Shown one piece after another: positions 10,271-21,780 of a DNA stretch of 36,292 nucleotides (positions are counted from its first letter, which is position 1; the number at the start of each line of letters is the position of its first letter). A model generated the notes under the pieces. That model saw only the letters and a list, made by a program, of their open reading frames with translations. It had not been told where the DNA came from and made no database searches. The stretch is from a virus. The stretch lies in the UHGV virus genome UHGV-0154029; one strand, given 5' to 3'. The position numbers were made by a program, and so were the translations under genes.

Positions 10271-10770
10271 TATTCGCTCCCGTTATCGCAAGGTTCCTTT
10301 CGGTGGAAGTAATTCCAACCGTTCCACTTCGCCAACTGGTTACCGCTACCAACAGGCATACGGTTTGGATAACCGGACTTACATTTAGCGGCTTTTGCTC
10401 TGTCCATTGCAGACAGTTTGACGAGTCGCTCTTTCCCGTATCTGGCAGTGGTTATAAGTTTTGCTGACGCTTCCAGCGCATAATCCGGAGCAATGCGGCA
10501 GGCAAGGTTGAAAATGACAGCATTGATAGCGTTATTTGATAAACCGTGCTCATCGCCCGGATCCGGAGCAACATCTGCATCAGCAAAAATGTAGCCAACG
10601 TTGATACCAGGTGACACATCACCACCAAGCCATTCAGCCATCATCATTTCAAGGTCGTTGACGCCGTCTTCCATAGACTGCGGTTCGACATCTGTTAACG
10701 TGGCATTTGATGCCACACCGAGCTTACGTAATGCCGCAAGAACTAAATCACCCTTCGTTGTCAGGTTCAT
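10270..10770 (-). CDS. Tail adaptor, P22 gp4-like (166 aa)
   Basis: Start taken at internal Met ([41 protein letters not shown]...), giving 166 aa as in P22 gp4; the ORF-track start at 10830 is probably too far upstream. Confidence 0.8.
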   Translation of the reverse strand: MNLTTKGDLVLAALRKLGVASNATLTDVEPQSMEDGVNDLEMMMAEWLGGDVSPGINVGYIFADADVAPDPGDEHGLSNNAINAVIFNLACRIAPDYALEASAKLITTARYGKERLVKLSAMDRAKAAKCKSGYPNRMPVGSGNQLAKWNGWNYFHRKEPCDNGSE

Positions 10771-11335
10771 CTGCTGCCGCCTTAGGTTTTCGACCAGGCT
10801 TTTTACGCTGTTTTTCTTCTGGCTCTGCAATAGCCGGACGCAAACTCAGGAGTCGTCCAAGAACATCATTTGCTTCATGACCATCCCACTCTTTCCCGAA
10901 CTCAAGCTCAGTACCTTCAGGAAGGAACTCGATTTCTTCAACAGGTAGGTGATAAGTGATTTCGCCTTCTGGAGTGGTGATACCAGCAATGATCCAGCCA
11001 TCCCACTCTTCACCGTCACTGTGTTTGCGAGACCACCACGAAAACTCAGCGTAAGCATGCATCAGCGATGAGAAGAGTCGCACTCGGTGAGCATAAAGGT
11101 CGTTAAAAGTGTGATAACCGTCGGACACTTCGCCCATATCAACTGGGGAAGTTTCACCTCCGCCAACATTCCCAATTTGATCACCAACAAGAGGATCATC
11201 AGGAACATCGTCAGGGTGCTTATACCAGCCATTTGCTAAGTGCACAGCTACATCATCAGGATCAACGGTTTTCGTTTTCAGCTTGCGCCCCCAGATTTTG
11301 GTATCTCCGCCAGCCTGAAAAATCATTACGCTCAT
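10748..11335 (-). CDS. Acidic hypothetical protein inserted between coat and gp4 genes (195 aa)
   Basis: ORF-track entry 10748..11515 trimmed to the Met after the coat stop ([13 protein letters not shown]..., RBS GGAGAT). Asp/Glu/Trp-rich with a basic C-terminal tail; I recall no counterpart at this position in P22. Confidence 0.6.
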   Translation of the reverse strand: MSVMIFQAGGDTKIWGRKLKTKTVDPDDVAVHLANGWYKHPDDVPDDPLVGDQIGNVGGGETSPVDMGEVSDGYHTFNDLYAHRVRLFSSLMHAYAEFSWWSRKHSDGEEWDGWIIAGITTPEGEITYHLPVEEIEFLPEGTELEFGKEWDGHEANDVLGRLLSLRPAIAEPEEKQRKKPGRKPKAAADEPDNEG

Positions 11336-11378
11336 TGGTATCTCCAATAGAAAAGGGAGCCGAAGCTCCCTCTGGTTA

Positions 11379-12674
11379 TCACGCGGTCTGGTTAGGCAGA
11401 CCAACACCAATTGCCTCTGGTCGTACAGCACATGCTGAATACCACACAGCAATACGGCACTTACCAGACAGAGTATTGATATCACCCTGCGTTGCGAAGA
11501 TGCCGTTAACACCAATACCAGGAATGCTGAAGGAAGACGTTTTCATGCCAGCAAACAGCTCATGGGTTACCGGGATCGGCTGAGACAGCAGACGGATTGA
11601 GTCATCAGCCCAGAACACGTTAGCAGTGGTTGTTGCCACGTTCAGAACGTTTACCGGAGTGGTATCAGCAAGAGAGGTGTTTACGTTAGCGTAAGCCTTC
11701 TCTTCTTTTGTCAGTGACGCGTCATCCAGCGCAATCGGCTTCGGCGTGATTTCGATGTGAGTACTATCGATCACTCGGGTGATTGAGAAAGTAGCATCAT
11801 CAGTCAGCACGTTCTTCGCCATCTGAGACAGGAATTTCACACCAGTGAAGCTGATTTTGTCGCCGCGCTTAAATCCGGTGGTGGAAGATACGGTCACCGT
11901 TGCAACACGGTTGTCGACGTTCTCTTTGTTACCATCGGTATCAAGGGTGTATGCCTGCGGCTTAAACTTCTGCGCACCAGAAACAGTTACACCAGTAGCG
12001 GTTGACTTGGTAACTGCCGGAAGTTTCGGTGAGCGAAGAATTTCATCAAAGCCAGCAATCTGACGCTGAATAGTACCGTTGCGATACGCTTCTTCAGGAA
12101 CGCGACCGAAGATGTCACCATCTACCAGGTTACGGCCTGCTTTGCGGTAATCGTCAGGGTTCAGGAAGTAACTGATGCCCATGTCGCGGTTGAGTTCTCT
12201 GGAGAACATCAGGCGCTCTGCATCAGACACAAAATCCCAGCCAGACAGGCCAGTAGATGGACCAATTGCGCGGGTATCGTGAACAACAAGCGAGCCCATT
12301 TCAGTTGCCTGTTTGGCAATCGCTGACTCAATGTTATTCGCCAGTTTTTTGGCGGATGCCTGGATGCGGCGACGGTAAGAACGCTCATCACGCAGGTCAT
12401 CTGCACGAAGCTCGAAGAAATCGTTATCCGGATCGCCCATGTTGCATTTCACGGACAGCTCCAGAATCCCGGTTGCCTTGCCAGTTAAATCCCAGCCAGT
12501 CTGGGTTGGCGCTTCCTGCTCAACAGGCATCCACACGGTGTTGCTTGAACGCTGCATGGATTCTGCCGGAGGGGTGTATTTTGTCACTTTGGACGCCATT
12601 GGCGTCAGGTTCTGGACGGTTTCGATGATTTCATCCAGAGCATACGTGACCAGTTGACCTTCATTTAATGCCAT
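11379..12674 (-). CDS. Major coat protein, P22 gp5-like
   Basis: 431 aa; near end-to-end resemblance to P22 coat (MALNEGQ...[19 protein letters not shown]...GVGLP.QTA). Confidence 0.95.
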   Translation of the reverse strand: MALNEGQLVTYALDEIIETVQNLTPMASKVTKYTPPAESMQRSSNTVWMPVEQEAPTQTGWDLTGKATGILELSVKCNMGDPDNDFFELRADDLRDERSYRRRIQASAKKLANNIESAIAKQATEMGSLVVHDTRAIGPSTGLSGWDFVSDAERLMFSRELNRDMGISYFLNPDDYRKAGRNLVDGDIFGRVPEEAYRNGTIQRQIAGFDEILRSPKLPAVTKSTATGVTVSGAQKFKPQAYTLDTDGNKENVDNRVATVTVSSTTGFKRGDKISFTGVKFLSQMAKNVLTDDATFSITRVIDSTHIEITPKPIALDDASLTKEEKAYANVNTSLADTTPVNVLNVATTTANVFWADDSIRLLSQPIPVTHELFAGMKTSSFSIPGIGVNGIFATQGDINTLSGKCRIAVWYSACAVRPEAIGVGLPNQTA

Positions 12675-13585
12675 TATCGAATTCCTTTATTCAGTTGCGC
12701 CTTGAGCTTGCGGTACGTCTCTACATCCCCTTTGTTTGCTGCCGCTTCCATCTGCTTTTCAATCGCAGAGATATTTGCAGCAACAGCATGTCCCTGAATG
12801 GGTTCATCAGGTAACGGGGCTTCTGAAACAGGCTTGGCTCGAGGCTTGAGAGTTAAACGTTCTGACAGTCGAGTGAGTTCAATCAGTGCGGATTGCCCGT
12901 CCATCGCCAGCAACTGGCGTGTTTTCTCAGGATTAGCACCAAGGTGATACATGAGAGCAGCGGATTTCTCCGGGAAGAGGCGCATGATGTCGGCACCGAC
13001 TGCTGGCGGCACCAGTTGCATGAATGCATCCTCTTTCTCCTGATAGTCAGGGATATTGAGCTTTTCCGCTGCGTCGTAGTGCTTACGGGCTGCCTCGACG
13101 TATTGCGCTGATTGCTGGGTGAACTCCTGAGTTTTGCGACCCTGCTCGGCGACAGCCTGGCTTCGTGCGTCCATAGCCTTGATCTGCCATTCACTGTTTG
13201 CTTGCTGGAAGGCAGCCAGTGCGCGGCTCTGGTCATAGTCGTACTTAGCCAGTGCATCTTCGGAAAGATAATCGTTAGGGTCTGGTTGTTTTGGTAACTC
13301 AGGGTTCACCCGCAGGTGCTCCGGCAACTCTCCACGCTTAACCGCTTCCATCTGCTGCTCAAGCTCACGCTGGCGTTTGCGTTCGATGCGGCGACGGGCA
13401 AATTCAGCATTAGTTGCCGGGTCTTGTTTTGGTTTCTCATCGTCTTTCAGGACAATCTCAAAGCCTTCTTCCTGACCTGCGCTGTCGTTGGCATTATCGA
13501 CAACTAAGCCATCAGCAGATGCCGCTGCATGATTGCCGGGCATGGTTAATTCTTCAGAAGCCTGAATGTCGGTGGTTTGGTCCAT
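12674..13585 (-). CDS. Scaffolding protein, P22 gp8-like
   Basis: 303 aa (same as P22 gp8); ...[30 protein letters not shown]... and C-terminal ...[18 protein letters not shown]. Confidence 0.9.
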   Translation of the reverse strand: MDQTTDIQASEELTMPGNHAAASADGLVVDNANDSAGQEEGFEIVLKDDEKPKQDPATNAEFARRRIERKRQRELEQQMEAVKRGELPEHLRVNPELPKQPDPNDYLSEDALAKYDYDQSRALAAFQQANSEWQIKAMDARSQAVAEQGRKTQEFTQQSAQYVEAARKHYDAAEKLNIPDYQEKEDAFMQLVPPAVGADIMRLFPEKSAALMYHLGANPEKTRQLLAMDGQSALIELTRLSERLTLKPRAKPVSEAPLPDEPIQGHAVAANISAIEKQMEAAANKGDVETYRKLKAQLNKGIR

Positions 13586-13615
13586 GATTAACTCTCTCTT
13601 ATTGAGGTGTCTCGG

Positions 13616-15763
13616 CTACTCCGCCGGGGGGGGTTGAACTTGACGCATAAGATTTGCGAAATCCATGCGTTGTGAATGAGTCTGGTCTGCATCTTTAAGA
13701 AGCAGCTCAGCGTTAGCACGAGCATCTTTGCTGCGCTGTTGCTGGAATTGACCTACGAGCTTGAGGTACTCACGCAGTTCTGCCTGCTTGTCGAGGTCCA
13801 TATTGTTGAAGATTTCTGCAATCTTCGCGGCGTTGAGTTGGTTTTGGGCTTCAACCTTGGCGGCTTCAACCTGAATCTGCGCCTGTTGGTTCTCTGCCTT
13901 GAGCAATTCAGCCTGACCTTGCAGAAGGATACCCTGCGCCTGAATTTGCTCTGCTGATGGCTGCTGCGGCTGTTGTTGTGCCTGCTGCACCATCTCCATC
14001 TCTTCAGGTGTTTCTGGTTTCTTCAGCCCCATCATCACCAGTTGCTTGTTCGCGTACTCTCGCATCATCTCGACGCCTTTACCGTCAAGCAACGTGAAGT
14101 ATTGCAGCATCAGCATCTGGAACTCTGGAGTACCTTGCGGAACCTTGGTTAGCAACTCCTGAATCTCTGCGCGATTCTGTTCCTTCATGCTCTGGAAGGA
14201 TGGCCCAACGTCTGTATAGCACTCATAGCGACCGCGAATGTCGTTGAGTGTGACCACATTGCCGGACTGGTAATCGACAACTTGCGCATAGAGTTGAACG
14301 TCTTTCTCGCTTCCATCTTCGAGTGTCAGCGTTACATGACGAGGAACGTCATAAATATCGTTGACCATTGAGGCATAAATCTCGCCATCACGTCGCATTG
14401 CGGTAGCCAGGTTATCCTGAAACACGTATGTCTCAAGGTCTGCCCGCATGTTCAGTTGATTGACGGTATCGAAAGCGACCTGAGAGTTTGCTGCCTGCGC
14501 ATCCACACCAAGACTAGCCACCTCTTTCACTGCGTTGGTGGCAGCCTCAAGCATGTAAGCGTTGGCTTGCGGCACTTCAGGGTTTTCCATGTAGGAGATT
14601 GGACCAATCGGCAGGTCGCTACCGTTTTCATCGGTCCTGTTCTGCAGATAGTACGGATAGTCATCATTTCCACCGTACATGTATTCGTAGCCTTCGATTT
14701 GCTCAGGGAAGAAGGTCGGTTTCTTCTTCGGTGAACGAGCAACAATATCGGCGTTGAACGACATGATCATGTTACGAAGGCGTTGACCGTCTTTCGTCAG
14801 CCTTACCACTCCTTCGTAGCACTCCTTGTCACCAGCGAATGACCATTCGCCATACACTGGAACGATTGGAATATGCTCTCCGGCTATCTTCTCGCGGTCT
14901 TTCAGTATCTGCGTGCAGGTGATAATCGACTTATACACACGCCGACGCTTCACCTTGCGCTCTGCTACCTTAATGAATCCACGATTAGCCAGGTCGTCGA
15001 TGACGTCTTTGATATCCTGCTGGTAATAGCTTACCGGCTCACCTGTCAGCGGGTCGCGGTAGATGAAGACTTTCTCTTTCTTCTCTTCGACCTCGTAATA
15101 CTCAGCGACGTAGACGACATCATTCGATACCCACGGAAACAGCCATGTATCGTTCGGATTCTGGAAAGATGGCAAGGTGTCCGGATCAATACCGTAATCC
15201 TCTGCGAACTCTTTCCAGCCATTGCGCGACAAGGCGTTAATCACCGTGCAGTGCTTAGCGTCGCTCTTATCCATCTGCTTGCTGTTGGCGTCCCATATGA
15301 CGTGTGAGCAGGCTTCATGGATTGGCAGGCGTCGAATTACCTGATTGTTGCTTGTTGGATCGTTGTCTTCGTACTGCGTGACCAGACGCCATGCACCAAC
15401 GCCGGACTCTATCTGCTCACGAACGCCAACGTTAACGGCAATTTTTGCCGTGTTATGGCGCATATCAGTACGATACATCCCCATCAGCACATCGGCAGCA
15501 TCAGGATTATCGCCGTCTTTGGGTCGGAAGAGAACGTCGATAGGGTTCCGGCGCATCTCTGCGACCAGTTTCCTGACCACCGGGCGAACAACATCGAATT
15601 GTCCACGATATTGCAGGGTGGTGTAGTTTGATAGCCAGTCATCCCATTGCGACACTCGGCTAAAATACAGGTCATTTGTCGCCTCGATTCTGGCTTCATC
15701 GCTCGCCATCCAGTCCGCGTCAAACTTACACAGAATGGAATTGAGTCTGTTTTCGTCGGCCAT
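13616..15763 (-). CDS. Portal protein, P22 gp1-like
   Basis: 715 aa; [45 protein letters not shown]... matches P22 portal. Confidence 0.95.
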   Translation of the reverse strand: MADENRLNSILCKFDADWMASDEARIEATNDLYFSRVSQWDDWLSNYTTLQYRGQFDVVRPVVRKLVAEMRRNPIDVLFRPKDGDNPDAADVLMGMYRTDMRHNTAKIAVNVGVREQIESGVGAWRLVTQYEDNDPTSNNQVIRRLPIHEACSHVIWDANSKQMDKSDAKHCTVINALSRNGWKEFAEDYGIDPDTLPSFQNPNDTWLFPWVSNDVVYVAEYYEVEEKKEKVFIYRDPLTGEPVSYYQQDIKDVIDDLANRGFIKVAERKVKRRRVYKSIITCTQILKDREKIAGEHIPIVPVYGEWSFAGDKECYEGVVRLTKDGQRLRNMIMSFNADIVARSPKKKPTFFPEQIEGYEYMYGGNDDYPYYLQNRTDENGSDLPIGPISYMENPEVPQANAYMLEAATNAVKEVASLGVDAQAANSQVAFDTVNQLNMRADLETYVFQDNLATAMRRDGEIYASMVNDIYDVPRHVTLTLEDGSEKDVQLYAQVVDYQSGNVVTLNDIRGRYECYTDVGPSFQSMKEQNRAEIQELLTKVPQGTPEFQMLMLQYFTLLDGKGVEMMREYANKQLVMMGLKKPETPEEMEMVQQAQQQPQQPSAEQIQAQGILLQGQAELLKAENQQAQIQVEAAKVEAQNQLNAAKIAEIFNNMDLDKQAELREYLKLVGQFQQQRSKDARANAELLLKDADQTHSQRMDFANLMRQVQPPPAE

Positions 15764-17263
15764 TTAAGTTCTCCGTGCGATGGGCCTGATTGGGGCTGGT
15801 ATCTTTTTCTCTTTTGGTTTTTTGATGTCGCGCATCATTTTTGCGAAGCGGCGCATCATGTATGCATAGCGAACGGCGGAGAGAACGTCATCGTTAAGCT
15901 TGACGATTTTCCCGTTTTCATCACGGTGATAGAGGCGGAACTCCTCAAAGAATGGCTCACAGGTGTTGAATACTTTGAAGCGGCCATCAAGCATCATGTC
16001 GCGCAATTCAGTGATTCCAGGCTCAACAGCATTACCGCCATCAGGCCATGTCGCATGCTCCTGCAACATCATAAAACCAGCGTCTGCATACTGCCCTTTG
16101 AGCTGCTCACCACCGCCCTTCTCATGCTGGTTTCCGTCATGAGGCCATGCTGTTGGCACTTTATGCGCCCATGATTTAACGGCTCCCCATGCCTGAACGG
16201 CTGTTTTTTCTTTCGCCTTCCACACGCGTGAAACGTAGATTGTGTCTGCGTCCTTATCCCACCAAAGCTGAACCTGCGCCTGTGGGTGATCCCATCCGAA
16301 ATCCATCGCGCCAATTACGTAGAAGTGATCAGGACACTCGAACGGCTGACACTTAATCGTCTCTTCCGGTATCTGGAAGATTCGACCGCTACCCATCGTA
16401 GGAATACCGCGAGCACGCGCCTCTCTCTCATGCTCAGGATAGGATGCGATGATTTGCTCTTTCTGCTCGTCGGTGTAGTGCTCAGCGTCATAGATGGTCA
16501 TGTTGACCACTTTCTGCGACTTGCTGGGGTTCTTCAGGAACTTGGTAACAACGTCAGACATCCCCATCAGCGGGGTAAACGTCAGAATTGAGAATTGCCC
16601 GTATTTGTTGGTACGAGTAAGGCCTTCACCATAAATGCTGTATGGTGGCTCTTCGTCAAACCACACGCCGTGGATTGTGTCACCCTGCCAGCGAGCACGG
16701 CCTTGCGAGTATGGTTTGAAGTAGCAGATTGAAATGCCATCTTCAACGCCATCAGCCGTGTGATGCTTAACCAGAAGGTGATCAACAAGGTTCGGAAAGA
16801 AAGGTGACTTCTTCCAGCTAATGATGTCTTCTTTCGGTATGGAACCGTAGCCAGGCTCATCATTCTCTTCGATACGACCGCACAGGATACGTTGAGTCGT
16901 TTTGGTTACAGTCTCGTTTGTCTCGCCACCAATCCAGAAGACAACAGGCTCATAGAAACGCTTACCTTTCCACTCACCGCCATATTTACCATCAGCAGGA
17001 TAGCCTTTTGTGCCCGGATAACGCCCGGTAAGGTGAAACGCGACTTCAGCAGCACCAGTAAATGACTTACCAAGCTGGTTACCAGCCATAAAACATCGCT
17101 CTGGATAGTCATGCCCGGCGTCGATGAACTCACGCTGTTTGCTGTATGGCGTAAATTCATATAGCAGGTGTGTGTTCCGGTAGTACTCTTCTTCTTCGAG
17201 TAGCTCGAGCAATTCGATTTGCTCTTCGTCGCTCAGGTTATCAAGAATCGCGTCCAGTTCCAC
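15764..17263 (-). CDS. Terminase large subunit, P22 gp2-like
   Basis: 499 aa (same as P22 gp2); directly upstream of portal. Confidence 0.95.
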   Translation of the reverse strand: MELDAILDNLSDEEQIELLELLEEEEYYRNTHLLYEFTPYSKQREFIDAGHDYPERCFMAGNQLGKSFTGAAEVAFHLTGRYPGTKGYPADGKYGGEWKGKRFYEPVVFWIGGETNETVTKTTQRILCGRIEENDEPGYGSIPKEDIISWKKSPFFPNLVDHLLVKHHTADGVEDGISICYFKPYSQGRARWQGDTIHGVWFDEEPPYSIYGEGLTRTNKYGQFSILTFTPLMGMSDVVTKFLKNPSKSQKVVNMTIYDAEHYTDEQKEQIIASYPEHEREARARGIPTMGSGRIFQIPEETIKCQPFECPDHFYVIGAMDFGWDHPQAQVQLWWDKDADTIYVSRVWKAKEKTAVQAWGAVKSWAHKVPTAWPHDGNQHEKGGGEQLKGQYADAGFMMLQEHATWPDGGNAVEPGITELRDMMLDGRFKVFNTCEPFFEEFRLYHRDENGKIVKLNDDVLSAVRYAYMMRRFAKMMRDIKKPKEKKIPAPIRPIARRT

Positions 17264-17735
17264 GGTTGAATAGCTCCTTGATACGAGAGCGTCGCTTATC
17301 GCGATCTCCCTTATCAGGTGTCACGTCTTCAACTTGCGACTGCTCTTTGAGGCCCAAATCACGGGCGATGATGTTAGCGTTGAGAAGGTCAGCGGCTGCG
17401 CCAGAGAATTTCTGGTCGTAGATGATGTCTTCCGCTCGTGATGTGACGTCAGAAAAACCTTCCATTGACCGGAAGGTTCCCCATGTTTGCCTGGTGATAT
17501 CAAGGAAGGTACACAATCCTGAAATAGTCATGGCTCGCATCTTAGGGACATTAGCCTTAATTATTTCTCCCTGATATGAAAATACCTTACCCTCCCATAG
17601 CGGGTTATCATCAGCCCACTCGAAGTATTCACAACAAGCAGCCCACAGCGCCTCAGGCGATTCGAATTTAGGATTTCGCCCATGACTACTGCGGGCCTCC
17701 CAAAATCGGTTGCCCTTTGGTGCTGCCATATTCAT
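17241..17735 (-). CDS. Terminase small subunit, P22 gp3-like
   Basis: (MN)[38 protein letters not shown]... matches P22 gp3 N-terminus; 3' end overlaps TerL start. Confidence 0.9.
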   Translation of the reverse strand: MNMAAPKGNRFWEARSSHGRNPKFESPEALWAACCEYFEWADDNPLWEGKVFSYQGEIIKANVPKMRAMTISGLCTFLDITRQTWGTFRSMEGFSDVTSRAEDIIYDQKFSGAAADLLNANIIARDLGLKEQSQVEDVTPDKGDRDKRRSRIKELFNRGTGRDS

Positions 17736-17764
17736 CTCACTTAGTTGTTATTTCAGGTTGAGCA

Positions 17765-18007
17765 TCATGCTCCGGTAGTGAACAGGTCTAACGCTTCCTT
17801 AGATTTACGCACCGCTTCGAATGTGCGGATCGTGATATCTGAATTAGCGCCGCCTGACTGGAAGTGAATTTTGAATAGCTCAAGCTTCAGCTCGTCAGTG
17901 CCAATGAACTGAAATGCTTCTTCTGCGGCTGCGTTCTGGTTCATGACCAGTTTGTAAATCTCTAACTGGAATTTCTGTTCTTCAGTCATGGGAATAATCT
18001 CTGCCAT
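17765..18007 (-). CDS. Hypothetical protein (80 aa) upstream of terminase genes
   Basis: ORF only; no recognisable motif. Confidence 0.45.
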   Translation of the reverse strand: MAEIIPMTEEQKFQLEIYKLVMNQNAAAEEAFQFIGTDELKLELFKIHFQSGGANSDITIRTFEAVRKSKEALDLFTTGA

Positions 18008-18309
18008 TGTTGGCTCCGTTTATCCGTTAAAAGGGATATCAGTTAAGTTATCCCGTGTAGGGTATAAGTCATTGTCGAGACCACTCATTGAATGGTCTCT
18101 GCAATAACCGATGTCTTTCCATCAGTCCGCCACCACAAAGAATCTTTTTTGCCATAAGGCAGGAGGTTCATCTTTCAGTGGTTGCCAGTGTTATTTCCCC
18201 ACTTACTGGCTTGGGTTGTTTCGCGGTACTGCCGTAACTGGTTACCCAGAATAAATTCCGGTTTCATTATCAAGCCCACCCGTAGATAGGCTTTGTAATG
18301 CCTACATGG

Positions 18310-18789
18310 TTAAATGATTTGCCAGTCTTCAGCCATCAGGTCGCCAATGGATGGAACCCATGTAGCAAGGCGGTTCTGTGAGTTTTTCAATACAAGCGTG
18401 TCATTGAAAGTTGGCTCGCCAACATATTCGCCAAAGCCATAACCCAACGCAGACGCTAATTTTTCCCCTTTCACGAGATAAACAAACTGGTCTTTCCCAT
18501 TCCATCCTGCCCGCTGCAAACTTTTGCCCTGTTTTAACGCTTCCATGGCAAGGCCGAAACTTAGTCCTGATACCGGACGATAAGCCTTTTCGAATACTTC
18601 TTTTGGACTCCAGCTAACGTAGTCATCAAAGCGATCGGTGTTAGGTTTTCCGCCATCCAGATATTCAACCAGATAGCCTTCGTCCTCGCCGTTTTCTCCG
18701 GCAGGAAGCTGCCAGCCACGAAAATCGTTATATGCCTGTCTCGTCATCGGAAAGGCGTTAATCAGTTTTACGCCAATATGCTGGGTCAT
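18310..18789 (-). CDS. DUF2829-like domain protein (Tad2-like candidate anti-defence protein) with extra N-terminal region
   Basis: C-terminal half GLSFGLAMEALKQGKSLQRAGWNGKDQFVYLV...LATWVPSIGDLMAEDWQII carries what I recall as DUF2829 signatures (A..LK.GK...R.GWNGK and PS..DLLAEDW at the C-terminus). From memory, not searched. Confidence 0.55.
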   Translation of the reverse strand: MTQHIGVKLINAFPMTRQAYNDFRGWQLPAGENGEDEGYLVEYLDGGKPNTDRFDDYVSWSPKEVFEKAYRPVSGLSFGLAMEALKQGKSLQRAGWNGKDQFVYLVKGEKLASALGYGFGEYVGEPTFNDTLVLKNSQNRLATWVPSIGDLMAEDWQII

Positions 18790-18811
18790 AAAATTACCTA
18801 TGGAGTTGGGA

Positions 18812-18836
18812 ATAAAAAACCCCGCGAATGCGAGGC
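18812..18836 (-). terminator. Intrinsic terminator downstream of lysis cassette
   Basis: Minus-strand hairpin CCTCGC-ATTC-GCGGGG followed by TTTTTTATT. Confidence 0.6.
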
Positions 18837-19010
18837 TAAATCCTGGTGTTTGTGATGACTGGCTCTTATCTCAACGCAGCCCCTTACCGCGCGCCAGATG
18901 CTCAATATCAAGCATCAGCAATGAGATGTTTAATCTGGATTCACTCCAGAAGTGATCACCACCCTGTCTACAGAGCCAGATGTGAAGGATGATGAGTAAA
19001 ATTATCGCTA

Positions 19011-19478
19011 TCATCGAAGGCATTGCGTCCTGATGTATTCCTGAAGCGTTCTCAGTGCTGTTTGGTCGCTGATGATTCCGTCCCGGATACCGAGAACGTT
19101 TCGTCCAGCAACTGGAGAGAGTTCGACGGTGGCATCATTGCCCATGCCGGAGGCGCTGGAGGCTTCGGCTGAGGATGGCATAGGGCATTTTCCTTTGACG
19201 AACACCCGACCACCATTATCAAGCTTGCGCCGAAGAGCATCATTTTCAGCTTTCGCATCAGCTAACTCCTTCGTGTATTTAGCATCGAGTGCATCAGCAG
19301 AACGCTGGCGCTGCTGCATGTCAGTAATGGTGGCGGTCGCCTGCTTCAGCTCACTGACTTTTTTATCTCGCTGTTCTTTGTAGGCGATGGCGTTATCACG
19401 GTAATGATTAACAGCCCATGACAGGCAAACGATGATGCAGATAACCAGAGCGGAGATAATCGCGGTTACTCTGTTCAT
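19011..19478 (-). CDS. Rz: Rz i-spanin (lambda Rz-like)
   Basis: [39 protein letters not shown]... closely resembles lambda Rz. Confidence 0.9.
   Translation of the reverse strand: MNRVTAIISALVICIIVCLSWAVNHYRDNAIAYKEQRDKKVSELKQATATITDMQQRQRSADALDAKYTKELADAKAENDALRRKLDNGGRVFVKGKCPMPSSAEASSASGMGNDATVELSPVAGRNVLGIRDGIISDQTALRTLQEYIRTQCLR
19052..19258 (-). CDS. Rz1: Rz1 o-spanin lipoprotein, embedded in Rz in the +1 frame
   Basis: Embedded ORF with lipobox (IMVVGC) and a Pro-rich stretch [11 protein letters not shown] as in lambda Rz1. Confidence 0.75.
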   Translation of the reverse strand: MRKLKMMLFGASLIMVVGCSSKENALCHPQPKPPAPPAWAMMPPSNSLQLLDETFSVSGTESSATKQH

Positions 19479-19951
19479 ACCTCAATCTCTCTGACCGTTC
19501 CGCCCGCTTCTTTGAATTTTGCAATCAGGCTGTCAGCCTTATGCTCGAACTGACCATAACCAGCGCCCGGCAGTGAAGCCCAGATATTGCTGCAACGGTC
19601 GATTGCCTGACGGATATCACCGCGATCAATCATCGGCAAAGCGCCACGTTCCTTAATCTGCTGCAGCGCAACAGCGTCCTGGCTTTTGGGAGAGAAGTCT
19701 TTCAGGCCAAGCTGCTTACGATAGGCATCCCACCAACGGGAAAGAAGCTGATAGCGACCGGCTGCTGTTGATTTGAGTTTTGGGTTTAGCGTGACAAGTT
19801 TGCGAGGGTGATCGGAGTAATCAGTGAATAGCTCTCCGCCAACAATGACGTCATAACCATGATTTCTGGTTTTCTGTCGTCCGTTATCTGTTCCCTCTGA
19901 CCACGCCAGCATATCGAGGAACGCCTTACGTTGATTATTGATTTCCACCAT
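19475..19951 (-). CDS. R: Endolysin, lambda R-type lytic transglycosylase
   Basis: 158 aa; [51 protein letters not shown]... essentially identical to lambda R. Confidence 0.95.
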   Translation of the reverse strand: MVEINNQRKAFLDMLAWSEGTDNGRQKTRNHGYDVIVGGELFTDYSDHPRKLVTLNPKLKSTAAGRYQLLSRWWDAYRKQLGLKDFSPKSQDAVALQQIKERGALPMIDRGDIRQAIDRCSNIWASLPGAGYGQFEHKADSLIAKFKEAGGTVREIEV

Positions 19952-20258
19952 CTTCTACTCCGGCTTTTTTAGCAGCGAAGCGTTTGATAAGCGAACCAAT
20001 CGAGTCAGTACCGATGTAGCCGATGAACACGCTCGTTATATAAGCGAGATTGCTACTTAGTCCGGCGAAGCCGAGAAGGTCACGAATGAACCAGGCGACA
20101 ATGGCGCACATCGTTGCGTCGATTACTGTTTTTGTAAACGCACCGCCATTATATCTGCCGCGAAGGTACGCCATTGCAAACGCAAGGATTGCCCCGATGC
20201 CTTGTTCCTTTGCCGCGAGAATGGCGGATAACAGGTCATTTTTTTCTGGCATCTTCAT
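19935..20258 (-). CDS. S: Holin/antiholin, lambda S-type (dual-start MKM)
   Basis: 107 aa; [51 protein letters not shown]... near-identical to lambda S107. Confidence 0.95.
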   Translation of the reverse strand: MKMPEKNDLLSAILAAKEQGIGAILAFAMAYLRGRYNGGAFTKTVIDATMCAIVAWFIRDLLGFAGLSSNLAYITSVFIGYIGTDSIGSLIKRFAAKKAGVEDGGNQ

Positions 20259-20500
20259 GTCTTACCCCCAATAAGGGGATTTGCTCTATTTAATTAGGAA
20301 TATGGTCGGTTACTGATAGAACAAATCCAGGCTACTGTGTTTAGTAATCAGATTTGTTCGTGACCGATATGCACGGGCAAAACGGCAGGAGGTTGTTAGG
20401 GCAACCTCATGCCACCCGCTTTCACGAAGGTCATGCGTAGAATGCCGCAGCGTAACTATCACTGATGAATTCAGGATAGCCAGTGGCTACGGCTCAGTTA

Positions 20501-20576
20501 TGGTGCTGGTTAACGGACTTGAACCGCTACCCATTCGCTTACAAGGCGACTGCTCTACCATTGGAGCTAAACCAGC
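20501..20576 (-). tRNA. tRNA, anticodon UGU (Thr) by manual folding
   Basis: Minus-strand 76-nt sequence GCTGGTT-TA-GCTC-CAATGGTA-GAGC-A-GTCGC-CTTGTAA-GCGAA-TGGGT-AGCGG-TTCAAGT-CCGTT-AACCAGC-A-CCA: perfect 7-bp acceptor stem, D and T arms, encoded CCA. Confidence 0.65.
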
Positions 20577-20581
20577 ATATT

Positions 20582-20656
20582 TGGCGGGACAGCGTGGACT
20601 CGAACCACGATAAGAAGGTTAACAGCCTTCCGTAATGACCTTTATACGACTGACCC
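20582..20656 (-). tRNA. tRNA-like gene, anticodon GUU (Asn) by manual folding; possibly degenerate
   Basis: Minus-strand 75 nt GGGTCAG...GAAGG-CTGTTAA-CCTTC-...CGTGG-TTCGAGT-CCACG-CTGTCCC-G-CCA: good T arm and anticodon arm, but a U-U mismatch in the acceptor stem and a weak D stem. Confidence 0.45.
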
Positions 20657-20747
20657 AAATAAAAAAAGCCACCGTTGCAACTTAAGAGTCACTAACGGCA
20701 GCTTATGCCAATAGTGTTGCTCATTTGCTCAATGATGTCAACACGTT

Positions 20748-21236
20748 CTATGCTACATGTTTAATTTTCTCTACACGTTTCCGATTTTTAAACGCACTAT
20801 CCAGAACCGGGTAAATCATAAACAACGAGGCATTAAGGATTTCGTCAACTTCCCGTCGACAGGTTGCGAGCGATGGTTTTTGAATGCGCCCGCCGCCCCG
20901 GCATAACATCTTGCGAGGTCTTGCGACGCGATGATAGTAAGATGCAATGGCGTGCTTGGAAGATCCATGGGCGTAGTAGCTGAGGAGGATGCCAAAGGCT
21001 TTCTTGTCAATGTACATGACGGAATCGACGACCTGAGAAATCAACATTCCATCATCATCATTGCACATTGGCCTTGTCATAACTCTTCCCGGCTCTACGC
21101 TCTCCATGAACTTCGCTATTACGCTGCTCATGCGCTTTTCAAGACGACCTGAATAAACCCATGCGCCCCACAGTTCAAGCCAGCCATTCAGCCACTCCTG
21201 CTGTTCTTTGGTGAGGTTTAGTTCTCTTATGCCCAT
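20748..21236 (-). CDS. Q: Late-gene antiterminator Q (phage 82 / QuuD-type, not lambda-type)
   Basis: 162 aa; motifs ELWGAWV, RPMCNDDDGMLISQVV and ILLSYY resemble QuuD/82-type Q; located between nin genes and the lysis cassette. Confidence 0.8.
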   Translation of the reverse strand: MGIRELNLTKEQQEWLNGWLELWGAWVYSGRLEKRMSSVIAKFMESVEPGRVMTRPMCNDDDGMLISQVVDSVMYIDKKAFGILLSYYAHGSSKHAIASYYHRVARPRKMLCRGGGRIQKPSLATCRREVDEILNASLFMIYPVLDSAFKNRKRVEKIKHVA

Positions 21237-21421
21237 CGTCTTCCCCTCTTGCCCTGTTTGACCATCAGGACGCCGTTAACTATTACGTGACGCTCGCCTT
21301 TGCTGTCTCGGTTGTACTTGAGCACTGTTCCTCTTGCGCAGGAAAGCATCCTTGCCACTTCGGTCTGATTGCCTCGTGTCTGGATAAGAAGCTCTGGTAT
21401 CGTTTGAATTGTGGCGTTCAT
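21227..21421 (-). CDS. ninH: NinH-like protein
   Basis: 64 aa; TIPELLIQTRGNQTEVARMLSCARGTVLKYNRDSKGERHVIVNGVLMV resembles lambda NinH. Confidence 0.75.
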   Translation of the reverse strand: MNATIQTIPELLIQTRGNQTEVARMLSCARGTVLKYNRDSKGERHVIVNGVLMVKQGKRGRRWA

Positions 21422-21780
21422 GCGTTCTCCAGTTCGGTGATTTTTATTCCAAGCCTTCCGCCTGGTACTTTCACGCCACGAATTACGCGAATGTCATCGA
21501 ATTGCTCGTCGTCTTCCGCAAATCCGGCGTGGATAAGGGAGTCGAGTAAACCTTTCAGGATGTTGTCGAGGTCGCGACGGCGGGAGTCCGGAACGTCTAC
21601 GATGACTTTGATGCGGAGTCGTGATTTGGTGAAAATGTCTAACTTAAGTTGGCGGATGATTTGCTGAACGTCTTTTCGGTATTTCTGGCCTTTATCGCTG
21701 ATGTAGTATTGGCTTCCCCGTCTTCGCCAGTAGGTATTCACCGACGGCGGGTAAGGAAGCACAAACTGATATTCGTTCAT
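21418..21780 (-). CDS. rusA: RusA Holliday-junction resolvase
   Basis: 120 aa; LPYPPSVNTYWRRRG...PDSRRRDLDNILKGLLDSL...GGRLGIKITELENA matches the RusA family. Confidence 0.9.
   Translation of the reverse strand: MNEYQFVLPYPPSVNTYWRRRGSQYYISDKGQKYRKDVQQIIRQLKLDIFTKSRLRIKVIVDVPDSRRRDLDNILKGLLDSLIHAGFAEDDEQFDDIRVIRGVKVPGGRLGIKITELENA

Noticed and set aside
20259-20747. Shiga-toxin or other toxin cargo between Q and S
   Set aside because: The interval holds only two tRNA-like genes and short non-coding sequence; no ORF of sufficient length on either strand.
20661-20747. Late promoter PR' and tR'-like terminator downstream of Q
   Set aside because: A TTGACA at 20737-20742 (minus strand) lacks a convincing -10, and the hairpin before the 7-T run has only a 5-bp stem with a 17-nt loop; not confident enough to annotate.
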